Positions 51,750 through 64,000 of a stretch of 64,000 bases of DNA are shown in pieces. Below the pieces are notes generated by a model. It made no database searches and was not told the origin of the DNA. It saw only the letters and a program-made list of their open reading frames with translations. Within the stretch, counting starts at the first letter, position 1. The number at the start of each line of letters is the position of its first letter. The DNA is from Mobula hypostoma. Its lineage: Eukaryota. The stretch lies in contig NC_086101.1 of NCBI RefSeq assembly GCF_963921235.1, positions 7,256,001-7,320,000 of the forward strand, given 5' to 3'. Made by a program: the position numbers and the translations under genes.

Positions 51750-53058
51750 AGCTCCAATACTGTACAACCGTGACACCCCAACACTGAACACTGAGCTCTA
51801 ATACCGTACAACCGTGACACCCCAACACTGAACACTGAGCTCTAATACCGTACAACCATGACACCCCAACACTGAACACTGAGCTCTAATACCGTACAAC
51901 CGTGACACCCCAACACTGAACACTGAGCTCTAATACTGCACAACTGTGAAACCCCAACACTGAACACTGAGCTCTAATACCGTACAACCATGACACCCCA
52001 ACACTGAACACTGAGCTCTAATACCGTACAACCGTGACACCCCAACACTGAACACTGAGCTCTAATACCGTACAACCGTGACACCCCAACACTGAACACT
52101 GAGCTCTAATACTGTACAACCGTGACACCCCAACACTGAACACCGAGCTCTAATACTGCACAACCGTGACACCCCAACACTGAACACTGAGCTCTAATAC
52201 TGCACAACTGTGAAACCCCAACACTGAACACTGAGCTCTAATACTGTACAACCGTGACACCCCAACACTGAACACCGAGCTCTAATACTGCACAACCGTG
52301 AAACCCCAACACTGAACACCGAGCTCTAATACTGCACAACCGTAACACCCCAACACTGAACACTGAGCTCTAATACTGTACAACCATGACACCCCAACAC
52401 GGAACACTGAGCTCTAATACTGCACAACTGTGAAACCCCAACACTGAACACGGAGCTCTAATACTGCACAACCGTGAAACCCCAACACTGAACACTGAGC
52501 TCTAATATGATGGTACAGTGCTGCCCCTAATACTGAATACTGTGCCATAATGTTACAGTACCATGCCACCCCAACACTGAATCCTGTGATATAATACTAC
52601 GGCAACATGCCTTCCCTAACACTAAATACTGTGCCATAATACAATGGCATCATACCTTCCCTGAACAGTGTTATATAATACTTACGGTACTGTGCCACCC
52701 CAACACTGAATACTGTGATATAATACAACAGTACCATGTCACCCCTAGCACTGGATACTGTGATATAATACTATAGTACCATGCCACCCCTAACACCTAA
52801 TACTGTGATATAGTACTATGTTACCATGTCACCCTTAATACTGAGTACTGTGATCTAATACTATGTTACCATGACACCCCAACACTGAATACTGTGATAT
52901 AATACTAGGGTGCCATGCTGCCCCTAACACTGAATACTGTGATATAATACTAGGGTGCCATGTCACCCCTAACACTGAATACTGTGATATAATACTGTGT
53001 TACCATGCTACCTCTAACACTGAATACTGTGCCATAACACTACGGTACCATGCCACCT
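51750..53058. repeat. Bipartite minisatellite: homogeneous 44-bp array (to about 52503), then diverged 45-bp array
   Basis: 44-bp unit CTCTAATACCGTACAACCGTGACACCCCAACACTGAACACTGAG (about 17 copies); related 45-bp unit AACACTGAATACTGTGATATAATACTAGGGTGCCATGTCACCCCT. Confidence 0.95.
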
Positions 53059-53139
53059 ATTGTACTATGATTACTGCAGGCATGAGTGTTACTGGTGGGG
53101 CGATGGAAATCAGGAATCCTGAATCAAGAATCATAATGA

Positions 53140-53630
53140 TAAACACTTCATATTTCATCTGGGTAGTCTCCAACCTCTTGGAATGAACATCAATTTCTCC
53201 AACTTCCAGTAATTATACCTCCTCCCCCTTTCTTCATCTTCAGTTTCCTATTCTGGCCCTGCTCTCTCCTCACCTGTCCATCATCTCCCGCTAGTGCCCT
53301 CTTTCCCATTCTCCCATGGTCCACTTTCCTCAGCTATCAGGTTCCTTCTTCTCCAGCCCTCTACCTTTTCCACCTGTCAGCTCACAGCTTTTTCCTTCAT
53401 CCCCACCCACCTGGCTTCACCTGCCACCTGCCAGTTTGTACTCCCCCTCACCCTGCCCCCACCTTCTTGTTTTGGCTTCTGCCCTGTTCCTTTCCAGTCC
53501 TGATGAAGGGTCTTGACCTGAAATGCTGACTGTTTATTCCTTTGCATCGATGCTGCCTGACCTGCTGAGTTCCTCCAGCACTTTGTGTGTGTTGTTTTGG
53601 ATTTCCAACAAATGCAGACTCTCTTGTGTT
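53140..53630 (+). mobile_element. Penelope-like 3' fragment with hammerhead-like motif at 53495-53532 (cleavage triplet mutated)
   Basis: Remnant LGSLQPLGMNINFSNF; CAGTC-CTGATGA-AGGGTCTTGACCT-GAAA-TGCT-GACTG. Confidence 0.8.
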
Positions 53631-55801
53631 GATGAAGTTAGAAGATTGGGGTGGTGGTGCTTGATAGACAGGGAGGAGAGTCCGTCAAGGGATTGGAAAA
53701 CAAGGCTGATCTTAAAAACGTTGCTGCACTGTAACTCATGGTCTCTCAACAGCACAGAAGTGAGCGTGTTTGGGTCAGGGAGAGTTATGATTTGGTCCTC
53801 AAGTCTTTAAATGAGCTGAAGATTGCAAAGCCGGTTGCAATGTGAAGATTTCTGAACTAATTTTAGCCTGGGTCTCCTGGTGAGAATGGAAAGGAACAAG
53901 GTGACAATGCAAGTCCACAGGTAATGATTAAAATAAGACACATTGGGGTCAAGACACCAGAGATTAAGTACAGCGCATTTTCTTGAAATGCTGTCTCCAA
54001 TTAAGTGGTGCACAATAATGTGAATACTGCACAGACACAGGAGAAAGAGGAAGTCCTGGAGCTATAAACTCAAACACTACAAGTACTGGGATTCGGAAAT
54101 AAACCGGAGCGTGCTGAAGATTCACAACAGATCATGCAGCATCTGTGGACAGGGGACCAGACTTATACTCAACACAATCCTGAGCCTTTTCTCTTCTCCC
54201 CTCTCCCATTGAGCAGAAGATAACACATACCCACCAGACTGAAGCACGGCTTCTGTTCACTGTTATAAGACTCTTGTACAATAAGATGGATTTTTGGCCT
54301 CACAATCTACTTTGCATTTGATTGTTTATCTGCAATTCATTTTTTCAGTGGTTTATACAGCTCATCATCAAGGACCACCACTTTGCAGGCCATGGTCTCT
54401 CCTCACTATTACCATCTGGTAGGAGGCATGCCCCAGAACACCAGGTTCATGAACAGTTATTACCCTACAAACATCAGGCTCCTAAACCAGCATGGATAAC
54501 TTCATTCACCTCAACTCTTAACTGATTCCACAACCTACAGTCTCACTTTCAAGTTCTCATGTTCTCAATATTATTCTTTTTTTTTGCATAATTTGTCTTC
54601 TTTTGCACATTGGTTGTTGGTCAGTCTTTGATTACCTATAAACAAGAGAAAATCTGCAGAAGCTGGAAATCCAAGCAACACATACAAAATGCTGGAGGAA
54701 CTCAGCAGGGCAGGCAGTATCTATGGAAAAGAGTGCAGTCGACATTTTGGTCCGGGACCCCTCAACAGGACATACATAAACCACACATGTTTACACATTT
54801 TTTTCATAAATTCAATTGTATTTCTTTATTTTCCTGTAAATGCCTGCGATAAGTGAATTTCAAGGTAGTCTATGGTGACACAGAGGTATCTTGATAATCT
54901 GAGGATGTCCTCCATTAGCTGGGGTCGACCATGGATGTTGCATCCCACAAACCAGCATGCAAGCCAGGGCAGCACAATACAGAGAGTAAGCCCATGTATC
55001 AGGCTCCCCCTCTCCACAGGTCTGATGACAGCAGAGATCGATACAGTCTGGTGCCAGCGACATCACCAGAGTTGCCAGTCAGGACTGAACTCAACGCAAG
55101 TCTGTCTTAGGGACTCCAGGGCTGGGATTTTCCTCAGGGTTTACTCCGGAAGCCTTCTCTATGAGTGGGTATAGCCACATGGCAGTGCAGGTTTGAGATC
55201 AGAGTTTTCCTTCTTTTGGATGAGCTGCCAACCACGGCCGGTGAGCCCTATTAGCCCAAAGTGACTGGTTTTAAGGCTCCAGTAACCTGTCTTTGCCCCT
55301 TCTCCTGCCAGTAGTCACGGTTCCGCTGGGCTTAGCAGCTGACCGCACATGAACCGGACTTGAAGCACACCATTGGGAACATTTAATAGGTCATGGGAGC
55401 TAATCTCCACTACCTTCCTCAGCCTTGGGGAACCACTTTGACAATAAGTTCACCTTGACTTTATTCTGCTTTGTTACTGTGAGCTTAGTGCACTCTGCAA
55501 TGATTTGATCTGTATCAAGAATATGCAAGGCAATGCATCTTGGTATGCCTCATTATTAAACCAATAGCAATACCATCTCAATACCGGTGTATCTGATGAA
55601 TGGTCACTGGGCTCAGATATTAGCTCTGCTTTCGTCTCTTTTAAATGCTGCCCGACTTGCTGAGAATCCCCAGGGTTTTCGGTTTTAAGTTAATGTGCTG
55701 GATAGTAATGTACCATGAGAGCAGCATAGCTCAGCTGAAGCATCACACATCAAAGTTGCTGGTGAACGCAGCAGGCCAGGCAGCATCTGTAGGAAGAGGT
55801 A

Positions 55802-55839
55802 CAGTTGACGTTTCGGGCCGAGACCCTTCGTCAGGACTA
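55802..55839 (-). ncRNA. Minimal hammerhead motif, intact core, one mismatch at the base of stem I
   Basis: Minus strand TAGTC-CTGACGA-A-GGGTCTCGGCCC-GAAAC-GTC-AACTG. Confidence 0.7.
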
Positions 55840-56545
55840 ACTGAAAGAAGAGCTAGTAAGAGATTTGAAAGGGCCGCTGCGAACTTTTATGTGTGTTGCT
55901 TGAAATGCCAGCACCTGCAGATTTCCTCGTGTTTGCATTTTTAGCTTAGCTGAGGGTGTGTGTAAACGTGTGTGTGGTTACACTGGGGGGTGGGGGGGGG
56001 GGTTGGTTTATAACTTAGTTCAGAACATAGGACATTGAATAGTCCAGCACAGGAACTGGCCCTTTGGTTCACAATGCTTGCTGCACCAAATAGACGCGAG
56101 ATACCCAATTACGTGAATTCCTGCGTATGGTTGCCATTCCTCAATTCTCTGCATCTTCATGTGCCTATCTAAGAGACTCCTAAATGCCTCTGTTGTATCA
56201 GCCTCCACCACCACCCCTGGCAGCACGCTCCAGGCACAGACCACTCTCTTTGTAAAAAAAAATCTCCTTTCAACTTTCCTCTTCGGAAATGCATGCTCTC
56301 TGGTATTCAGTCTCTTGAGACCTGGGGAAAAGATAATGCCTGTCTATGCTTCCCATAATCTTTATAAGCATCTATGGGAAATCCTCTCATCGGCAGCATA
56401 CCAGAGAAACCAATTAGTCTTGACCAGCCTTTCCTTACGAAACACAAGAGATTCTGCGGATGCTGGGAATCTAGAGTAGCATATTAAAATTAAAATGATA
56501 GGTGAAGCCTGGTGAGGGGAAGTTAGCTGGGGGAAGGGGATGAAC

Positions 56546-56957
56546 TCTTCTCCCTCCTGCCATCTGGCAAAAGGTACCGAAGCATTCGGGCTCTCACGAC
56601 CAGACTGTGCAACAGTTTCTTCCCCCAAGCCATCAGACTCCTTAATACGCAGAGTCTAGACTGACATCTACATCATTTATTATTATATTGTAATTTGTCC
56701 TCTACTGTGCCTATTGTCTTGTTTATTATTTATTGTACTGCCCTGCACTATTTTGTGCACTTTATGTAGTCTAGCGCAGTTTTCGTGTTGTCTTACATGG
56801 TCTAGTGTAGCCTTGTGTTGTCTCACTTAGTCTATTGTGGTTTTGTGTTGTTTCATATAGCACCATGGTCCTGGGGGAACGTTGTTTCATTTTTACTGTG
56901 TACTGTACCAGCAGTTTATGGTCAAAATGACAATAAAAAGTGACTTGACTTGACTTG
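56546..56957 (+). mobile_element. Rex/L2-group LINE 3' end with (TGACT)n tail
   Basis: C-terminal remnant LLPSGKRYRSI...NSFFPQAIRLLN; AATAAA then TGACTTGACTTGACTTG. Confidence 0.8.
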
Positions 56958-57610
56958 AAGTGAGAAGCAGGGAGGTGATAGAACATGCCCTTTAATCTAG
57001 TGAGCATCCTAGAGAGCCTTTTCTGCTCCCTTTCCGACGCCATCACATCGTTTCTATAATGGAGTGACCAGAACTGAAGGCAACACTCCCGGCCTGTTTA
57101 TATAGCTGCAAAATAACTTCCAGACTCTTGAACATTTGAAGTTTTCATTTAAAGCACTTTATTCTCCAGTGGAGGTCCTGCCGCTCTGCACCACAGAAAT
57201 AACTGGAGCCCATTGCCTTCCATGCTGACTTTGACCTATTTTATCACCTGCCTCCAGGTACTCTGAAACCTCATCCTTAATAATGGACTCTAACTTCTTG
57301 GCAAACACTGAAGTCAGGCTAACTGCCTTTTGATATCCTCTTTTGTATTATTGGCTAGCTTACCTTCATATCTTTTCTTTCCTTACTGCTTTTTTTAGTT
57401 GCCTTGAGCAGGTTTTTGAAAGCTTCTCAATCCTCTAGCTTCCCACTACTTTTTGCTATGTTATGCAGTAGGCCCTCTCCTTTGCTTTTACGCTGCCTTT
57501 GACTTCCCTTGTCGTACTCAATTGACTCATCTCCCTTTTAGAATACTTATTTCTTTGGAATGAACCAATCTGTGATTTTCAATTTGCTCCCAGAAACTCC
57601 AGCCATTGCT

Positions 57611-57869
57611 ATTCTGCCGTCATCCCCGTTAGTGTCTCCTTCCAATCATTCTGCCATCATCCCCGTTAGTGTCTCCTTCCAATCATTCTGCCATCGTCCC
57701 CGTTAGTGTCTCCTTCCAATCATTCTGCCATCATCCCCGTTAGTGTCTCCTTCCAATCATTCTGCCATCATCCCCGTTAGTGTCTCCTTCCAATCATTCT
57801 GCCATCATCCCCGTTAGTGTCTCCTTCCAATCATTCTGCCATCATCCCCGTTAGTGTCTCCTTCCAATC
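57611..57869. repeat. 37-bp minisatellite, 7 copies, within a CR1 ORF2 relic
   Basis: Unit ATTCTGCCATCATCCCCGTTAGTGTCTCCTTCCAATC. Confidence 0.97.
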
Positions 57870-58276
57870 AGCTTTGGCCAGCTCTTTTCTCATAGTCATA
57901 GTCATAGTCAGAGTCATACTTTATTGATCCCGGGGGAAATTGGTTTTCGTTACAGTTGCACCATAAATAATAAATGGTAGTAGAACCATAAATAGTTAAA
58001 TAGTAATATGTAAATTATGCCAGTAAATTATGAAATAAGTCCAGGACCAGCCTATTGGCTCAAGGCATCTGACCCTCCAAGCCCTTTACTCCATTCTAAT
58101 GCAGATATGTCTGATTTTAGCTTCTCCCTCTCAAACTTCAGGGTGAATTCTATCAAATTATTATCAGTCTCTGAAGGGTTCCTTTACTTTAAGCTCCCGA
58201 ATCAAATCAAGTTCAAGTTTCAAGTACTTCAAGTTGAAGTTTAATTATCATTCAAACATGTATGAATATGGCCAAA

Positions 58277-58977
58277 TAGTCATAGTCATAGTCATAGTCA
58301 TACTTTATTGATCTCGGGGGAAATTGGTTTTCGTCACAGTTGCACCATAAGTAATTAAATAGTAATAATAAAACCATAAATAGTTAAACAGTAATATGTA
58401 GATTATGCCAGGAAATAAGTCCAGGACCAGCCTATCGGCTCAGGGTGTCTGACCCGCCAAGGGAGGAGTTGTAAAGTTTGATGGCCACAGGCAGGAATGA
58501 CTTCCTATGACGCTCTGTGCTGCATCTCAGTGGAATGAGTCTCTGGCTGAATGTACTCCTGTGCCCAACCAGTACATTATGTAGTGGATGGGAGACATTG
58601 TCCAAGATGGCATGCAACTTAGACAGCATCCTCTTTTCAGACACCACTGTCAGAGAGTCCAGTTCCATCCCCACAACATCACTGGCCTTACGAATGAGCT
58701 TGTTGATTCTGTTGGTGTCTGCTACCCTCAGCCTGCTGCCCCAGCACACAACAGCAAACATGACAGCACTGGCCACCACAGACTCGTAGAACATCCTCAG
58801 CATCGTCCGGCAGATGTTAAAGGACCTCAGTCTCCTCAGGAAATAGAGACGGCTCTGACCCTTCTTGTAGACAGCCTCAGCGTTCTTTAATCCTCCACCA
58901 TGTCCACACTGACCCCCTGGATGGAAACAGGGGTCACCGGTACCTTAGCTCTCCTCAGGTCTACCACCAGCTCCTTA
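58277..58977 (-). mobile_element. Rex1/Babar-like LINE 3' fragment (a shorter copy lies at 57890-58081)
   Basis: Nearly identical to 47136-47880 apart from a small internal deletion; ORF 58432-58803. Confidence 0.9.
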
Positions 58978-59136
58978 AATGAAAGAGTGTTCCTCTGGAG
59001 CCAAGATGAAAAACACTTTACCAACAGTGTACAGCACAATGCAATAGCACATATGGTTATGATTTCAGAAAAACATAACAGTCCCAAAGAGAAAACAATA
59101 ATATAGCCCAAGTCCCTGAGTGGCATGACTGTTGAT

Positions 59137-59560
59137 CAGTGATTCCCAATGGGGTCAGCGGTACCATATCTTAAGGCACAAGACCTGACTGACCATTAGT
59201 AGAGCAGGCACTTCCAAAAAAAAAGGATGAGGAACTGGAACACAGGAAGAACCAAAGCTCTGCAGGCCGTGAGCACTCGTCATCACAACAAATCTGAAAA
59301 GCAGCAATCTCATCTGAACTTACCAACCAAACAGAAATTATTGGGATGTGAAAATTTGTAAAAAGTGTTGCCACTCGAGTCATTTGGCAGAAAGCTAAAA
59401 ATGACCTTGATAGTGGTCTCATTGGTTCTTGCAACATTTCCAAAATGATAGCAAAGTGTGGAAAATCTCATACAATTGGTCAAAGATTAATAATGCCTGC
59501 TGTATCAGAAGTGCTCACCACTTTTCTCAAAACGGTAGTTTAAAATCAATTCTCGCCAAT
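59137..59560 (+). mobile_element. hAT-Charlie/Buster transposon relic
   Basis: TIR-like CAGTGATTCCCAA at 59137. The frame from 59388 reads QKAKNDLDSGLIGSCNISKMIAKCGKSHTIGQRLIMPAVSEVLTTFL, matching the Buster-family IAKxxKPHTIGExLIxPA motif. Confidence 0.75.
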
Positions 59561-59929
59561 GAACATGCTTCCAGAATGTCCAACAAAGTCTTGCTTCCAA
59601 GTAAAAATGTCCAAGACAATCACTCACTCCACTTCTTGGATCGTGCACCATCTTGGCACAATGGTACCTTACAAGACCAGGCAACATCACAATAATGTCC
59701 AGTTCCATCATTATCGAGCAACACACTGATGTGATAGTCCTACAGTATTTGATATTCTTAGCCTCCAGCAGCAACTTGCCATAAAAAAAGAAAACACTTA
59801 CAAATGCACCTTTTATTAGACCCTGAGCACTCCACCATCTAACTGGAACTTAGTTCACTGCACAACACCCAATCCAGAATTGAGCAGCCTCAAACACAAG
59901 CTATCTTTAAAAAATTCTATCTTGCAGGC

Positions 59930-60365
59930 ATTGTACAAATTCCTTCTCTTGGTATTCAGACTCAAACTAATATTCCTGATCTACCTGCATATTGAAATCC
60001 CATATGAACAACATAACATTGTGTGTTTTACATAACTTTTCTATCTCCCCTTATAATTTGTACCCCACACCCTAGCTATTTGCAGAGGCCGTATATAACT
60101 CCCATCAGGGTTCTCTTACCCATGCAGTTTCTCAGCTCTGCACACAAGGAATCTACATCTTCTTTCTAAGCATTTGATTTTATTTTTTTTTTACCAACAA
60201 AGCCACCCCACCCCCTCAACCACCTACCTATCCTTTCAATATGATGTGTATCCTTGGATGCTAAGCTCCCAGCTGTGATCTTCTTTCAACCATGATTCAG
60301 TGATGCCCACAATATCATATTTGTCAGTTTCTATTTGCACTACAAGACCATCTACCTTATTTCAT
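59930..60365 (-). mobile_element. CR1 ORF2 AP-endonuclease relic; likely continues to about 57350 across later insertions
   Basis: Minus-strand translation includes KYDIVGITESWLKEDHSWELSIQGY and GGVALLV. Confidence 0.8.
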
Positions 60366-60779
60366 TTTGGCTTTCACTCGGATGTTAAACCTTCAGTCCT
60401 GTATTCACCACCTTCCTTTCAATTTTGTCTCCATGTTGCCTGACGTTAAAACCTTACCCCTTACTAAACTTTCTGACTTATTTATTCATTAAATTCTCCA
60501 GCACTTGCCTCCCATTTTACTTACAAAACATACTTTGTTTAACCCCATCCCCCAGCTATAGAGTTTAAAGCCCTATCCACAACCGTCATTTATGTGACTC
60601 ACTGTGACTTTTGTTTGGTTGCTTATGTGTGATTGAAGTCAAAATTGTCTCAAACTGATTTATGGGAAAAGTTCAGCAACCAGTAGAACATAGAACAGAG
60701 AGCTGCACAGCACAATGCGGACCTTTCAGCCCACAATGTTGTGCTGATATTTGAATCTACATACTGTACCTTTTAAGAT

Positions 60780-61115
60780 TAGAGATGGGAAACTCTTCCA
60801 ATGGGTAGATTAATCAGTTGGTTTCCAAGTGGTTCTGTGTCACAGGATGTATAACTCTCCCAATGAGTAGATCAATCAGTTCATTTCAGAATGGACCCGT
60901 TTCACAGGATGTATTAGAGATGGGAAACTCTCCCAAAAGGTAGATCAATCAGTTGGTTTCAGAGTGGTACTGCGTCACAGGACGTACAACGATGAGAAAC
61001 TCCCAATGTGTACATCAATCATTTGGTAACAGAGCGGACCTGCACCACAGAATGTACTAGGGGTAGGAAACTCTCCCAGTGGGTAGAATAGTCATTTGGT
61101 ATCTGAGTGGTACTG
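60780..61115. repeat. Degenerate tandem repeat with 62-73 bp units
   Basis: CACAG(G/A)A(T/C)GTA recurs at about 60841, 60903, 60976 and 61046, along with AAACTCTCCCA...GTAGATCAATCAG. Confidence 0.8.
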
Positions 61116-61463
61116 TTCTATTATTTAAAGGAAGGTCCTAAATCTTATGCAATTTTCTTGCCATAAATCAAACAGGATGCTGAAAGTCCATGGAAAATTG
61201 ACCTGAAAAACCAATGATGTAATTTCTTCAGGAATTTTAGCAGCCTAGCGCCAGTCATGAAGACTTATGAGGAAAAAGTACCTATTCCATGTGTGCAGTA
61301 ACTATAATCTGGACATATCTTTCTCTACATACATTGTACCATTAGTCAATAGATTCTCTTACAAGATTCAAAATTCAAAGATCAAAATAAATGTATTTTT
61401 ATTTTTTTGAGCTACAGCACGGAATCGGCCCTTCTGGCACATTGAGTTGTGCCACCCACCGTT

Positions 61464-61849
61464 CCCTGATTTAACCCCACCCTAATCGCGGGACAAATTA
61501 CAATGTCCCCGATTTAACCCCACCCTAATCGCGGGACAATTTACAATGTCCCCGATTTAACCCCACCCTAATCGCGGGACAATTTACACTGTCCCCGATT
61601 TAACCCCACCCTAATCGCGGGACAATTTACACTGTCCCCGATTTAACCCCACCCTAATCGCGGGACAAGTTACAATGTCCCCGATTTAACCCCACCCTAA
61701 TCGCGGGACAATTTACAATGTCCCCGATTTAACCCCACCCTAATCACAGGGCAATTTACAATGTCCCCGATTTAACCCCACCCTAATCACAGGACAATTT
61801 ACAATGTCCCCGATTTAACCCCACCCTAATCACAGGACAATTTACAATG
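61464..61849. repeat. 43-bp minisatellite, about 9 copies, inside a SINE
   Basis: Unit CCCCGATTTAACCCCACCCTAATCGCGGGACAATTTACAATGT; single-copy equivalent at about 42258-42296. Confidence 0.97.
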
Positions 61850-62775
61850 ACCAATTAACCACCAACCAGTAGATTGAGTAGTAGAAAAGGAAAAGAAACA
61901 ACAGAATTGCTAGCTACCATGTGTGACAATGCAGCAGTCAGTACAAGGTTATTACAGTGCCAGTGACCTGCATTCGATTCCCGTTGCTGTCTGTAAGCCT
62001 GTTTTCTCCTGATTGTGTGCTCCATGTGCTCTGGTTTCCACCTACGTTCCAAACATGTACCAGTTAGCGGGTGAATCACTTGTATGGGTGTAATTGGGAG
62101 TTGCAGGCTTTTTGGTGCTGTATCTCTAAATAATAACACTTAAAATTTACAGAGTTACATATTTACAATGGTGGCACTTTTCAACCAGTAGAAATAGGCG
62201 AGGGTCCAGAGGAGATTCACAAGAATAATCCCAGGAATGGAAGGGTTAATGTACGAGGAGCTTTTGATGGCTCTAGGCCTTGTCCTTGCTGGAGTTTAGA
62301 AGAGTTGGGAGGGATCTCATTGAAATTTATTGTCTAATGAAAGGCCTAGATAGAATGGATGTGGAGAGGATGTTTCCTAAACTGGGAGAGACTAGAACCA
62401 CATGGTTCAACCTCAGAGATGTCCATTTCGAACAGAGATGAGGAAACATTTCTTTAGCCAGCGGGTGGTGAATCTGTGGAAGTCATTGACACAGAGAACC
62501 GTGCAGGCCAAGTCATTGGGTATATTTAAAGCAGAGATCGATAGGTTCTTGATGAATCAAGGAATCAAAATTTCTAGGGAGAAGACAGGAGACTGGGGTT
62601 GAGAGGGTTAATAAATGAGCCATGATGCAATGGTGGAGCAGAATTGATAGGCCAAATAGCCTAATCCAGCTCCTATGTCTTATGGACTCATGTTCAATAG
62701 CCTTTGACAACTCATCAAGGGGCCTCCAAGAACCTGTGGTAATTCAGAATCAGAATCAGGTTTAAAATCATTGGC

Positions 62776-63288
62776 ATAGAACACAGAACATAGAATAGTA
62801 CAGCACAGTACAGGCCCTTCGGCCCACAATGTTGTGCCGACCCTCAAACCCTGCCTCCCATATAAGCCCCCACCTTAAATTCCTCCACATACCTGTCTAG
62901 CAGTCTCTTAAATCTCACTAGTGTATCTGCCTCCACCACAGACTCAGACAGTGCATTCCACGCACCAACCACTCTCTGAGTAAAAAGCTTTCTCTAATAT
63001 CCCCCTTGAACTTCCCACCCCTTACCTTAAAGCCACGTCCTCTTGTATTGAGCAGTGGTGCCCTGGGGAAGAGATGCTGGCTATCCACTCTATCTATTCC
63101 TCTTATTATCTTGTACACCTCTATCATGTCTCCTCTCATCCTCCTTCTCTCCAAAGAGTAAAGCCCTAGCTTCCTTAATGTCTAATCATAATGCATACTC
63201 TCTAAACTAGGCAACATCCCGGTAAATCTTCTCTGTACCCTTTCCAATGCTTCCACATCCTTCCTATAGTGAGGTGACCAGAACTGGA
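62776..63288 (-). mobile_element. Young CR1 3' fragment, same subfamily as 6886-7713
   Basis: ORF 62918-63154 is nearly identical in part to ORF 6847-7650; tail present. Confidence 0.93.
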
Positions 63289-64000
63289 ATCAGTAAATTA
63301 TATCATGAAATTCATTGTAATGCAGCAGCAGTTCAGTGCAGTACATAATAAAACCTGTAAATTACATGAACTATATACTGTATATATTTAAAAAGTCAAA
63401 TTACATAAGTGGTACAAAAAGAGAGAAAAAAGTAGTGTTCAGGGTTTCAATGTCCATTCAGAAATTGGCTTGCGGAGGGGAAGAAGCTTTTCCTGAATAG
63501 TTGAGTGTGAATCTTCAGGCTTCTGTACCTCCTCCTTGGTGGTAGCATGTCCTGGATGATGGGGACCCTTAATGACGAATGCCGACTTTTTCAGATGTCG
63601 CTCCTCGAAGACGTCCTGGATGCTGGGGAGGCTCGTGTTCATGATGGAACTGACCAAGCTTACAACTTTTTGCATCTTATTCTGATCCTGTGCAGTTTGA
63701 CAATGGTCAGACAATTTGTCTTTATAATATTGGTTGAGGCATACAAAAAATGGTTAGTCTCGAATCTTGCGCTCATTTTAAGCTGGAGTCATGGGACCTT
63801 GTATGTTCCTTCAGAGAGGCTTTTGCTTTGAATGAATCTTCAGTTAACAGTACATTTGACACTGTAGCACTGCCTTGCTCATTTGTCTGGAATCAATATC
63901 AGAGCCTGGTTTATTATCACTGGCATATATGGTGTGAAACTTGTTGTTTTGTGCAGCAGAAAATTGCAAAGGCACAAAATTGCCATCAACAATAAAATAG

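Noticed and set aside
51750..52503. CRISPR-like appearance of regular arrays (also 57611 and 61464)
   Set aside because: Head-to-tail units with no unique spacers, no cas genes, and a vertebrate context.

Overview
Vertebrate, repeat-dominated window that looks mostly intronic. The repeat profile (V-domain tRNA SINEs, abundant CR1, Rex1/Babar, Penelope-like elements, Tc1) suggests a cartilaginous fish, probably a ray; this is inference. No complete host gene is visible. There is a CpG-rich promoter-like region with a 19-nt first coding exon candidate (MSTEKQ, 4355-4373, strong donor) and a possible alternative phase-1 first exon (31916-31970); the gene could not be named. The most notable structure is about 20 copies of a minimal type-I hammerhead ribozyme motif (stem I-CUGAYGA-A-stem II-GAAAC-GUY-stem I). 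These sit in Penelope-like elements with GIY-YIG remnants and in short derivatives; several have an intact catalytic core and one pair is in a head-to-head palindrome. Also present: two solo LTRs with target-site duplications (TSDs), a local inverted duplication inside a Tc1 element, a YY1-headed non-autonomous LINE derivative, hAT-Charlie and Tigger-like relics, minisatellites (some TE-derived) and several motif-rich enhancer-like unique blocks. Nearly all ORFs in the track are TE remnants or noise. Repeat boundaries were read by eye and are approximate.
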